Shown: piece by piece, positions 15,111 through 28,210 of the stretch | Layout of the letters: each line of letters starts with the position of its first letter | Position numbering within the stretch: the stretch's first letter is position 1 | Source: the human T2T-CHM13v2.0 reference genome, Homo sapiens | Direction: 5' to 3' (one strand) | DNA length: 64,000 bases | Assembly (NCBI RefSeq): GCF_009914755.1 | Contig: NC_060926.1 | Translations under genes and position numbers: made by a program | Notes under the pieces: model-generated | Database searches by the model: none | Seen by the model: only the letters and a program-made list of their open reading frames with translations | What the model was told of the DNA's origin: nothing

Positions 15111-18100
15111 TCTTAATATCTTAATATCTTAATCTTGTAGATATGTGAGGATGGCTCTTTTTCCTTCATAATAGATTACATGTATAAGCAAGTCAGGGCC
15201 ATGTACTGGAGACAGGCTAAAGCTGCTTTTCCCTTAAAGAAAGTTTCCTACAGACAAGGTATTTATGAGCATTGAGAAAGTCGGGACACGTACTCTAAAT
15301 CACAAAGAGTGTTAATTCCACAGGAAGGCAACGCCAGACATTGGAAGAGGATCACATTCGACTTCTAATAGTAGTTCAATAACAAAACCTTAGCTTTTCA
15401 GAAACAATGTTAACATACGTTAGAATTGCCACATCCATACCTTCAAAACATGCAATGTGTGCACCCCAATCACTGCTTACAGTATAATCAGTATGACGAT
15501 GAGATTGAGGGGGTCTAAATTTAAGTGTATCATCTCCTGTGTTATGTGAAAATATCCCTCAGTACAAAACATTTGTGTATTTCACAGATGACTCTTGTTT
15601 TGCCATAACGCTACAAAGTTTATGGAAACTAGTCAACTGAAGGATTTTTCTGTTGTGTGATATGTAAAGGTCTGAATAGTAAAATCATCTTTGCATTCCT
15701 GAAGTGTTAAAAAATAATAATCAACATGTCAGATTGTTGGGCTTTTCTTAGCAGATGTTTTCTAATTCAAAGTTTTTGGTTGTGTTTTTGTTTTTTAGTT
15801 CAAAGTTAATTTGTTTGCCTCTTGAAGATTAATTTGTCTCAGCTTTCTAGGAACTGCCAAACAGTGATATTCTCAAAAGGATTCAATAAACTAGTTCAAA
15901 AAATGTTCCTATCTTCTATTGCCTTAAATCTAATCATGTTCTGTGAACTGCAGTCCTAGTGTGTAGCACGGCGTGATTTATCACCCAGAGTTCTCCACTG
16001 TATTTCAAAGTTGATTTACCTCAGGAAAACTGAGGGTTTATTGAGTAACTCAAATTTTTCCAGAGAAACTGGTTTGAAGTATCCAGTGCAACTTGCCAAG
16101 CTCTGTCTTTGTTTATAAACTCACTTACTGGTGACATCATTCAGGGTAGTCCCTCTCTAAAAACCTTGAATTTTGTCTGGTCTTCTCGGATGAGGAATTC
16201 TGAACCTGGTACAATCTCATTCTAACTCTTCTCTTATGTACTAAGTACTTATATTATATACCTTTCTGTAACTTAACAGGAAAAGGCTGACCATTTTTGG
16301 TATTTTTTCAGTGACACATTTTTCAGTGTCTAAGCTCACACTCATTTGTAATTAACTACATGATTTTTAATACAATTTCTACTACTTTGGGTTTTATTTC
16401 CCAGGTATAGACATTGTCCTCTTAATGTTTTCTTAAGGAATTATTCAGAGTAGATTATTAACAACTTAAGGTCCTAAACAGATATACATGGGACATGGTT
16501 GTTGTAAAAAGAAACAAATCTGTAAGACACTAGGAAATTCAAAATGCTTTCAAGCTTTCTTTGAACTTTACTACTGAATGATTTATTTGCAACTCATTAT
16601 CTGGTGTAGTGGGGAAGAGCTACTTATGTCTCTTTAAGCCAAGATATATTTAAGATAACAATAAAGATAAAATATATATTTCACTATCTAGATTTGATTT
16701 TGACACAATGAAAAGCTGATTGGTTCACAATTAAATGGACAAATTTTCCACAAGTAAGAGATGAAACTCCTGGCTTGGAAATCCTGGGGATTGACAGGTT
16801 GAATGTCCTTGGTCTGTGGTGAGCATGTTCACATTTCAACACATGAGATCTGGTGTGCTTTCCGTATCAGCTCCTCAGATTTTGTGAAAAACTAGAAGAT
16901 AATTTTTTAAAAAGCAATGTTGAATACTTAGAATCATATTTCTAATAAAAATAAGTCAAACTATTTAATTTTGATAAACAGTTTCAAAACAAACATGAAC
17001 TGAACTTATACTTGATGACATAATTTTGTAAATTCATGATGAATTTGTCTTATTCTGATTTATTTACTGTTTTAAAAGATAGATGTTTCTTTTCTACCAC
17101 TGTGAAAGTGTAATGTGTTCATTGTATTTGGAAAACGTGGAAAGTAGAAGATGACTGTTCTTACTTTTTCACTTTTACAGAGGGTAATTTTTTCCACACC
17201 ATAGAAGTAGAATAATCATACTTCTAATTTGAAAATTTGAAAATGTGAAAAAAAAAAATTAATCCAAGATCATATGAACATTTAGGGCTAAGAGTTGAGA
17301 TTATACTGAATATGGTTTTGCATTGAATATATTACAAGCCTTTTTGTGTCATTTAGTATTTGATAAAACATGATTTTTAATGCCTGAATACTCTTCTAAC
17401 ACTTGTATGTATTGTTGTTGATTGAATCTTTCCTCTATTGTGGAACATTCAAATTGGATCCAAGTTTACCATAAGTAATAATACAATAAAAATATCTATA
17501 CATTATTTGTGATGTCTCTGGTTGTTTTCTTAGAGTGCCACCTTAATTATCTTTGTGAGAAAGTCCTCAAGAATCCTGCCATTAATTCAGATACTTTCCC
17601 TGCTATTGATATGTCCCTTTAAGAGCTCTGAAAATACTTAAGAAACTTAGTAAGAAGAAAGAAAATTAATCCTCTCTTCTGATTCTTCAGTTCCAATTCT
17701 CTGTGGCCACTGGATTTTTAAAAATCCTGTTGTCCAAAGCAGCTCCCATTTAATTGTTTCTCTCTGACAGTAGGGAAACTGGAAGTCAGAGGTGATACCA
17801 TAAAAGGAAATGAATGAAGCAGATGTATGAATTTTGATACATACAACAGATGTCTTTTGATGACACTTCCTGGGCAATATAGTAGTAATCAAAGGAAAAC
17901 TGGTAACATTTTTGGTTACTATGCTTTAAAGAAAAATTTATAAGCCTCACACAGCTGACATGGTTTATTTACCTTCAGGAACACGGTAGTACTTAGCGTA
18001 AGTTAGAATCCATTCATTATTACATGTGACTGGAGAGATATATTGCTTAAAAGCTATACCAGGCCCTACTTAGGAACAAGTTACAACTGCATTTAAATCA

Positions 18101-19084
18101 CTCTGTTTATGTCAAAATAGTTAAATAGCAGAATCTAGAGGGGGTCTTGATTAACATGAGACAATAAATATTTGCAGAATCTGATGCCTACCAGAGGAAA
18201 CTCTAACCCAGACAGGAAAGTTCTTCAGAGTAAAAATCAAGAAGGGTGAGAGTGGCTATGCAATAGAAGTAAGCCTTGGCCTGGACCCAGACAAGATCAT
18301 TGCACAAGAGATTGGTTTTGGAAGTAGATTTGGCTGAGATTAAAGTCTTGAGTGACATGAAGACAATGTTAAAGATAAATCCAAACTCTTCTTTATTGCT
18401 TGACACTTTTCCAATCAGCATCAACTTCATTCCTGGTAAGTTGGTGTAGCATGGTGAGTTCTGCCTTATTTCATACTTTATTTGGTTAGAATCTGGGGGA
18501 GGGGGTAAAGGTGCAGGTTGGTTATTTCAAATGTGCAGACGACCTCCACCAATTTTGCAGTATAGTGCTATTACTTCAGGGAATACACCCATAAAACTTT
18601 GATTTCCTAGTAATTCTGCTTTTGTGCATTCTTAATTTGAGACTCAGTGAGGGTGAAAGAGTTGTAGATTTGGCAAACGCTGCACTATTTTCTCACATTT
18701 TTTCGATTTGCTAAGACCAATAACAAATGTATTACTCCTTTTTTTCCTTTAATTTTTAAATCCATGGCCTTTTCACTGCCTTTACTTTCCATGTGTTGCC
18801 ACTGTATCCTCCACTGTATCCCCCACATTGGTCCCAGCACTTGACACTTAGTAGGCACTCAACCAATACTTGTTGAGTGAACAAGTTTAATGCATTCCAG
18901 TTTTTTTAGTTTTTAGATGATGTTGTGCCTAATGCACACTCCTTCCTTCTTTCACTCCTTCATTAATCCTTTTGTTCATGTCTTTTACTTATGCCAAGCT
19001 GTCACACTGTGTGCATGAACTGAGGGATTTAGTTTTTCTTCCACAGCCCCAGAGCCAGCAAATGACTGACCTTAAATCTAAAAC

Positions 19085-19574
19085 TGTAGGAGTTTGGTCA
19101 GGGTGGTGGGAAAAGTTGTAAGAAAAGGTTATAGGGAAAGACACAAATCTTCTTGGAAGAATGGGAGGTTTTGCAAAAGCTTCAAAGGAGAATTTAGCTG
19201 AAGGCAGTTAAATTCTCTTAAGAGCAAGGGTTAGATAACAAGGGAATGTAAAGAAACTTATCTAGATAAATTGTTCTACTTATATCTCTGGAAACCAACC
19301 TTTGATCATTCATGTGCAGGACTGCTCTCTACTTGCAGGGGTTGACAATGTTAATTACCCACAAATTGTGTTTGCTCCAAGCCCTTGTCATTAAATCTGT
19401 ACTAAATAAATTCAAGTGGGGCCAGCTTAGGGGGCTGCACTCCTTTTGGCTGCTGCACTCTCTCATTGGCAGTGCTGAGTGGTGCAGTCCCCTAGCTCAC
19501 TGTCAGGAAAAATACCTGTGTCAGGGAACTCCTTTCATTCATCGCTTGGCCAGAGTCTGCGGGACAGATCAGCA
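19085..19574 (+). mobile_element. Solo LTR, LTR22 (HERV-K HML-5) family
   Basis: TG...CA ends; 6-bp TSD taaaac at 19079-19084 and 19575-19580; 5' end tgtaggagtttggtcagggtggtgggaaaa resembles LTR22B. Confidence 0.8.
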
Positions 19575-20211
19575 TAAAACACCCATTAGTTTTCACCTTT
19601 ACTCTTGCAGCATGAGTTATAAAGCCAAAGACCTCAAGAAAAGCACACTCCTTAACAGCCAGTTCAGAGGTGACAGCCAGCGAATAAGAAATAAGAACCT
19701 TCCAGAGGATGGAGCCACCACCAAAAATGACAGAAAAGAGGGTTCCTCCCAGAGAGTAGATTCAGAGGCTATTTAAGGAATTTCTCCATGCCCAGTGTAG
19801 GGAGCTTCTCACTACTTGCTACTCAGGATTTCCTTATGATTATAATCTAGGGACTGCTGCTTGCCTGCCTGTCTTCTCTTTCCTGCATAGCAGGTTTCTT
19901 TATTTGTTTAATTTTATTTTTTTCTTCAATTATGGTGGTCTTTTCACTGTTCTACCATGACAAGAGGTAGAAGAGAGACATTTTTTACCCCTACATGGGA
20001 GGCAGAAAATTGGCCTTTTTATTCAAGAATGCCAAACCAGAAGCTGACATATCAGAATCTGATACAAAGGATAGTCTATTCCCCTTTGGACTTTGGACCT
20101 TGGACTTTGAACTGGATGCAATAATGGTATGAGACCCTTGGGTAGGAATGAGTGTCTTGTATGTGTGGGAAAGACAGGAAAGCAGATATTTGGTGACCTA
20201 AAAAGAAGGCC

Positions 20212-20595
20212 ATGGCAGAACCTCATTAGCTATTCAGCAATCCTATTTTCCTTTCCTCCTGGGCACACAGCTATGTATTTTCCAGCCATCCTTGTACTTA
20301 GATGTAGCCCAGTGACACTTCTGAGAGTGGAATATGGACAGATGTGATGGGCACTGCTGGGACTGGACCATAAAATCCTTCCACATTATGTCAGTGCCTC
20401 TTTTACTCCATTGGCAGCTGGATATTGTCATCCAGAGAGATGGATGACTTAGAAGCCACGTGCAGAAGATGGCAACCTTCCATCAGCATGGATCCTTGAG
20501 TGACTGTGGAGTGCAACGCCTTCTACCAGTTAGAACTACTGTGATTGACAATCACATTTCATTTGTATTAAGCTACTGATTTGGGGGGTTTATCT
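20212..20595 (+). mobile_element. MLT1J-like MaLR LTR, probably preceded by MLT1-internal sequence
   Basis: ttcctcctgggcacacagcta, agaagccacgtgcagaagatggca, gatccttgagtgactgtggag. Confidence 0.6.
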
Positions 20596-22214
20596 CCTTC
20601 AGCTCCCACATTAGTACAACTCATGCAGAATGGAGAGTGACTGTGAACACACGTGGCACAGGCTGGTGAAACCTAGGACTTTATAGATGAATTTCTGATT
20701 ATACTCTCCTTTCTTGCAAAAAGCTTTTTTCAAATTAAATGTTATAATATAAATGTGAATACTTAAATGTCTTTCTAATGAAATGATGACTAACTGTAGA
20801 AAAGAAAATGTAGGAATGTATACATCCTTGATAAGAGTGTGAAACTGACACAGGCAATGTAGAGAGTCTTGCTTACGGATAATGAACAAAAGAACATACC
20901 TGGGTAAAAGAAATGAGAGGTTACTGATAACAAAACTAATATCTATATTGCACAATATAAAACATTATTTTATACTTAGGATTACATTTGATTTTTGCAA
21001 ATCCCTGTGAAATAGCTATTATTATCAGATCCACTTTATGCATAATAAAAACAAGACTCATATGGGTTAGCTAACTAGGCTATGGTCTCTCCACCAAGCT
21101 CTACTTCTCTGATTGAGGAGATAGTAGTATCTAGAGCTTCAGTGTTCTTTCTACCGCCCTATGCTACCACCCAGTGCAGATGTAAGAACAAAACCTACTA
21201 GTAACCTGCTATTGACTGTTTAGAACTTTAGCAACTTTAATTATCCAAAACATAGCTGTGAGACCAAAAAGAGGAAAACAGTTTGCAAAAGCCCACATTT
21301 ATTACACCATGAAAGAGCCAGGTCTGTGAAATGTTGCCTAGAATTTGTGTACTAAACTCAGCAAAATGAATTAACAAACTCAGTGACCTCATTTTCTCCT
21401 AAATTTCAGTAAATGGAAGATTTAAAAGATGAGAAAAATAAAGACAGAAAATTTCAGTTGACAGGGTAGAGGACCCATTGAAAGATTGGATGTCTATGTG
21501 TGGTATGTAAAGGCAGGTCCTACGAGTGTTAGGCCGGCCTAGGCACGTGTTCTCTCTTTTTTGTTGTTTGATTCTCAATTTATGACAAATGAAGAATGAG
21601 GCCTTTACCTGGTCTGGATCGACTTGTTATGGAGCTCACGTGAAATGAAAATGATTCATAAACAAAACTGATCCATCCCCAGCAACAGCAGAGATGACCA
21701 TGAACAATTAGCCACCTGAGAATCCTCAACAATTCTTGGGGAATGCCATTAATTACATTTTATTAAAGGGCAGGGATATCCAAGCTGACATATGGGTTAC
21801 AAAGGCAAAGTATAATTTCTTTATGGGTTTTGATAATGTGAAATATAAATTAATAAGCTTTTCAATTTTACTAATACAAACATACCCATCAATTGGTCAT
21901 CTTCAATTCAGAAATAACTAAAGTTTGAGGGTATCTTAAATCCAAAAAATAAAAACAAAAACCTAACCAGCAGCCATTTGCTGAATTCCTGAGTGCTTAG
22001 GACTCTCCATTTCTAGTCTAGCAAACATCTTCCAGTTGCAATTTTAAACTTTTTTCCCACATCTTTCAAGAAACCTCTAATAGTATCAAGTTCAGCACAC
22101 AAAGCTAGCTTTCTGTAAGCAGTCTCATCTACCCACCTTTACTTTAGACAGGCCCCTAAAGTCAACCTTAGTATAAAAAGGACTTTTCTTTTATTATTAA
22201 AAGTCTGTTCTCTA

Positions 22215-22912
22215 GCCAGGTGTGATGGCTCATACCTGTAATCCCAGCACTTTGTGAGGCTGAGACCAGAAAATTGTTTAAAACCAGGAGTTCAAGACTA
22301 CCTTGTACAATGTAGTGAGGCCACCATGTCTACAAAAAAAAAAAAAAAAAAAAAATTAGCCGGGCATGGTGTTGCACACCTGTGGTCCCAGCTACTTGGG
22401 AGGCTGAGGTGGGAGGATCACATGAGCCTGGTGGATGAGGCTGCAGTGAACCATGGTCATGCACTGCCCTCCAGCCTTGGTGATAAGAGCAAGACAGATG
22501 TTTCAATAATTAAAAAAATAAAAGTCTGTCCTCTGCCTCAAACGGACTTTGCTGTTATATTAAAATGATTGAAATATGTATAAACCAGGTGTGGTGGCTC
22601 ACACTTGTAATCCTAGCACTTTTAAGAGGCTGAGGCAGGAGGATTGCTTGAGACCACAAGTTCAACACCAGCATAAGCAAGATAGTGAGGCCCTATCTGT
22701 ATAAAAAGTATGAAAACTAGCCAGCTGTGGCTGTGTGTGCCTATATTCCCAGCAGCTCAGGAGGCTGAGACAAGAGAATCCCTTGAACCCAAGAATTTGA
22801 GGTTACAGTGAGCTGATTGTGAACTGCACTCCAATCTGGGAACCAGAGTGAGAACCTGTCTCAAAAAAAGAAAAAAAAAAAAAAAGAAAGAAAGAAAAAG
22901 AAAAGAAGAAAA
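22215..22912 (+). mobile_element. Two tandem AluJ-like elements (22215-22521, 22585-22912)
   Basis: Diverged dimers with A-rich tails. Confidence 0.9.
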
Positions 22913-23554
22913 TATGTATAAACGAATGTTTTAAATTGGAACAATTACTATAGCATCAAAACGCACATTTGATGAGATGTGAAAATTTATTCTTAAGTAT
23001 TTATCCATTTCTGGTTTTGTAGCAAAGGCATTATTATACTTCTATAACTTGTCTAATAGAATCAGATAGAATCAAGCAAAGTTGGCAGAGCCTAGGCATC
23101 TACCTAAAAGAAATGCTCTCTCCCATTTCCGTGAACACATTAACTCCTCCTGAGTTCCAGTGGCACTATTTCTGGAGTCCTTTTCAAGGCACATAATCCT
23201 AAAGCAGGTGTCACTTGTTACTCTCTTTCAAAGCGTCTTGCTCTTTTTCTTCACAGTACTTTTCAAAATATTTAATATACACTTATTTCTTATAGAAGTT
23301 GCCTACCTCACTGGACTTTAAGATCTATGAGGTTAATCCCATGTCTGTTTTGTTTTCTACCTTATTGCCCCTGCTCCCCAGGCACAGAGCAATATGTACC
23401 TGACGTATATTTGGCTCTCAATACACATTTGTCATATTTGTGTGTGTGCTTGTTCAACTTCTCTCACTCTGTTTGTGTGTAGGTGTGTACTTTCTTGTCA
23501 TTTTGGGACACTTAGGAATTTCCTTATTTTGCTTCAAGTTCAGCTATGCATTAA

Positions 23555-24025
<471 letters not shown>

Positions 24026-25381
24026 ATTCACATTTCCTGTCATCATCAGCATCACTTGAGTTCTAATCTTTTATTATTATTTAAGTAGTAGGAAATCTTC
24101 TAGCTGTCAAGATACAAAAGACCTTCAATGGGAGTGTCAGACTCTAAAAGATAAAGCTCAAACTCCCTCCCATATTTGAATATGAATTTAAAGCTAATAT
24201 TTGCTGAGCGCTTACTGCGGTTCAGGCACTATTCTAAGTGCCTTTCCTACGTTAACCTCTTTACATCTCACAATGGTATGAAAGAGAATGACCATTATAA
24301 TCTCCATTTGGAAACTGAGGCTCAGTTACATAAAGTTACACCACGCAGTGGTGGATAAAGGACACCAACTCAGGTCTGACTCCAGAAACCATGCTCCACT
24401 CAGAATGCTAACCCCCTAACACCCAGTCTTCTATCTCTTGATGAGTTCTGAATTATCACGCAGGTATTCACCCTTTTCCAGTAGCCACCTTGCCTCAGAA
24501 ACACATAATCTCACCCCATCTTCAGAGAAAAGCTGATTGATCTCCATGCACTCTTACACTCTCAACAGTGATTGGCTTATATCTGAGGTTTCTCAACAAA
24601 TTAGTACATGGTATAATCTCAGGCCACAGGGGCTGGCCAGAAATGGACAGGTAACCTTAACTAGGCTGATGCGATGGGAGGGAAATTTGCTGAGGGTTTT
24701 TAGAGAACAAGTTTCATCAATCTTGGGAGAAAATCTTGGAGAGGGCCAGCCTCTCTTCATCCAATCATTGCCATGTATGTCTGTAAAGCTTGAAGCTACA
24801 GCAAACATCTTATTCATCATGAGGATAAAACCAGAACAAAGTGGCAGAGTTGAGAGACTCAAAGACCAAGGCAGCCAGAGCTCTAGTTGAATCACAGCTG
24901 CTCACCACTCTAGTGCTGGATTTTTTCCATTGTACATCAATACACCACCTTTGTGTTTTAAACCAGTTTCAACTGGCTTTTCATTCATTGGAATGTAACC
25001 TGACTGCAGTTATTTGAAATCTTTCAAGATCTGGCCTCAGCATACCTTTCTAGTCCTTATTTTTACTAGTCTAGGGCTAAATAAATTACCCAGAGTTTCC
25101 CAAACACACCACAGCTTTCATGGATTTGCAAGCGTGATTCTTTCTGCCTTCATTGTCCTTTGCTCTCCTCTCCCTGGAGAATTCATGTTGGGTTGCAATT
25201 ATGTTTTAAATGTCTGTCTCCACCACTTGATTTGGCTACATGATTTTTGTCTTTACACTCTTTGCACTTCTCATGCACTTAAGACATAATAAGGGCTCCA
25301 TTAAGTGTCTGTAAGATTAATTAAAAAGATGGGCAACATGGAAATCTGAATCATAATATAAACTCTCTCTACAAGATACTT

Positions 25382-25659
25382 GGCCTGGCGCAGTGGCTCA
25401 TGCCTAATCCCAGCACTTTGGGAGGCCAAGGCTGGTGGATCATGAGGTCAGGAGTTCAAGACCAGCCCCGCCAAGATGGTGAAACCCCGTCTCTACTAAA
25501 AATAAAAAAATTAGCCGGGTGTGCTCGTAGGCGCCTATAATCCCAGCTACTTGGGAGGCTGAGGCAGAAAATTGTTTGAACCTGGGAGACAGAGGTTGCA
25601 GTGAGCTGAGATTGCACCACTGCACTCCAGTTTAAAAAACAAACAAACAAACAAAAAAA
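25382..25659 (+). mobile_element. Alu (AluS), 3' end shortened
   Basis: Dimer ending cactccag then (AAAC)n. Confidence 0.9.
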
Positions 25660-25675
25660 CCAACCATTTAGATCA

Positions 25676-25852
25676 ATGCTGTCTGGTTAAATATTCTGTG
25701 ATACCTGCCCTGTCCAATAAAGAAGCCGCTAGCCAAGTGCGTCTATTGAGCATTTGAAATGTAGCTAGTATGACGGAAGAACTGAATTTTAAATTTCATT
25801 TAATTATAACTGATTAAAAGTAGCTAGTGGCTACTATACTGAATATCACAGA
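25676..25852 (+). mobile_element. MER3 fossil
   Basis: ctgtccaata...ctattgagcatttgaaatgtagctagt...gctagtggctactatactg. Confidence 0.7.
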
Positions 25853-26177
25853 TGTAGACAACAAATTTTAAAAATTTTCCAAACATGGGAATGAGTCACC
25901 TAAATGATTTTAGATACCAAGCTGAATAAAAACATCTCAAGATGGTACTACTTCGGCTCTAATAATTTTTTTGTTGAAAACAATATCTATATATTATATA
26001 TACAAACACATATATACACACATATGCATATAAATATATACACATATGTATATATATATAATCTGGAGGTTTCTTTCCTTTCAAAAATACTTCATACCTG
26101 TAACTTAAAAAATATAATTTTATCTTTATTGTCTTTATTTTGAATTTTCAGTCATTTCAAAATTAATATGAGCAATA

Positions 26178-26967
26178 TCATTAAAAAGTGGGCAAAGGAT
26201 ATGAACAGACACTTCTCAAAGGAAGTTGGCCAACAAACATATGAAAGAAAGCTCAACATCACTGATCATCAGAGAAATGCAAATCAAAACCACAATGAGA
26301 GACCATCTCATGCCAGTCAGAATGGTGATTATTTAAAAGAGTCAGGATACAATAGATGCTGGTGAGGCTGTGGAGAAATAGGAATGCTTTTACACTGTTG
26401 GTGAGGATATACATTAGTTTAATCATTGTGGAAGACAGCATGGTGATTCCCCATGTATCTAAAACCAGAAATACCATTTGACCCTGCAATCCCATTACTG
26501 GGTATATACCCAAAGGAATATAAATCATTCTACTTATTGCAGCACAATTTACAATAGCAAAGACTGGAACCAACCCAAATGCCCATCAACAATAGACTGG
26601 ATAAAGAAAATGTGTTACATATACACCATGGAATACTATGCAGCCATGAAAAATGAATGAGAGCATGTCCTTTGCAGGGACATGGGTGAAACTGGAAGCC
26701 ATCATCCTTGGCAAACAAACACAAGAACAGAAAACCAGACACTGCATGTACTCATTCAGTGGGAGTTGAACATTGAGAACACATGGACACAGAGAGGGGA
26801 ACAACATACACCATGGTCTGCTGGGGGATATGGGGGTGAGGGGAGGGAACTTAGAGGACGGGTCAATAGGTGCAGCAAACCACCATGGCACACGTATACC
26901 TATACAACAAACCTGCACATTCTGTACATGTATCTTCTTTTTAGAAGCAGCAATAAAGAAAAATAAA
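26178..26967 (+). mobile_element. 5'-truncated L1PA (older primate) ORF2 end plus 3'UTR
   Basis: aaaaagtgggcaaaggatatgaacagacacttctcaaa...aaccaccatggcacacgtatacctatacaacaaacctgcac. Confidence 0.9.
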
Positions 26968-26974
26968 TGATCGC

Positions 26975-27401
26975 TTCATTTCAGGAGGTGGAGTTTTCCT
27001 CTTAAAGTTTTTCAGATTTTTATCTCAAGGGTTTGGCTTTTTATGCATCTCACTACATGTAATTTGCAGTTAATACATCCATGCCTTCTGCTCTTACTTC
27101 TCTCCTTAAAACATTACATCTTTTTGCTTAACTAAAGTGGTGACTCTCTCTCTCATTTTCTTTTTTTTTCTTTTTTTTTTGTCAGTTCCTATTGCATTTT
27201 TCCCCACTTCGCACTCTGGTATTATAACCTGACACTGAGAATGTTTGCCTCAAAAAAACTGGAAAAACAATGTTTTTCCAGTATAGACGAATTCTGTACT
27301 CGGCTTTTCCTGATGTATCCAAATTGTTCTATGCAACCAGGAAATTTCACATGCTCTTACTTTTTCTAAAAGCCATCCATTCCACCTGGTGGAGGTACTA
27401 C

Positions 27402-27453
<52 letters not shown>

Positions 27454-28210
27454 TATTATCCTATAATATGGTTTACTTATAACCTTAGACACACACTCTT
27501 CCAGTGTCTAATTGAATTAAAGTAGTTTTTCATGGGGTTTAATTTCCAGCTTACTCAAAAGGGCATATACCAAGAGAAATGGTCATACTACAAAAGGTTT
27601 TTTTTCTCTCTCTCTAAGTAATCCACCTAATAAGCAGGTATTTTATGTTTCAAGATAGCTTCCTGTGGTTTGGGCTGTCTTTATTCGGGTTTTGACCACC
27701 TGAAAAAACTAAGTCATCTCTAATACAGGTCTAACTATTTTTTTTCTCTTGACTATGTAACTTTTGAATTTGTTTTTGAAGTCTTTCCATTATTACTCTG
27801 GTTAAATAAGTGACCATTATCTCTCAAGGATATGTAATTCTACTTTAATTAAATATTTTTAGGCTTTTTGAATCCAAACAAATGACAAACTTCCCCAGAA
27901 TCAAATTCAAATTTAACTCTTTTTCACCTAAAATTGACTAAGGGATTTTCTAGTTGGGATCCTGGGAAGTCTCAAAAGATTTGTCTCCCATTAGGCTTGT
28001 TTGACCAGCTCCCAAATTCTTCTCTAGTGTCTGTGAGCTTTCTTTCAAAACAATATGTAGCATTTCCCTTGCTAGTAAACCCCCAATCTTCTCTTTGTCC
28101 TTCACACATATAGAAGACCACCGTGGTTTTCAGTTTTGTTCAGAACTACAATTCTGTGATTCCCAAATAAATTGCATACTTTAGAGATTCATCTTTATTT
28201 TGACTTCAGT
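26975..28210 (+). mobile_element. Probable ERV1 MER4-group internal and LTR remnant
   Basis: Internal-like T-rich blocks ending in an LTR-like caattctgtgattcccaaataaa...ttgac; family uncertain. Confidence 0.4.
27403..27451. repeat. (TG)n microsatellite
   Basis: Seen directly. Confidence 0.98.

Noticed and set aside
17620-17655. Minus-strand KFLKYFQSS resembling the FAR C-terminus (KFLSYFRASS)
   Set aside because: No upstream homology or splice acceptor; FAR2 exons 10-12 were not recognised in the window, so probably chance.
19312-19776. 154-aa ORF
   Set aside because: Runs from the solo LTR into flanking repeat-derived DNA with no recognisable domain.
21609-21715. Minus-strand exon-like segment (ctcag|...cag|gtaaag)
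   Set aside because: Weak pyrimidine tract and no recognisable protein homology.
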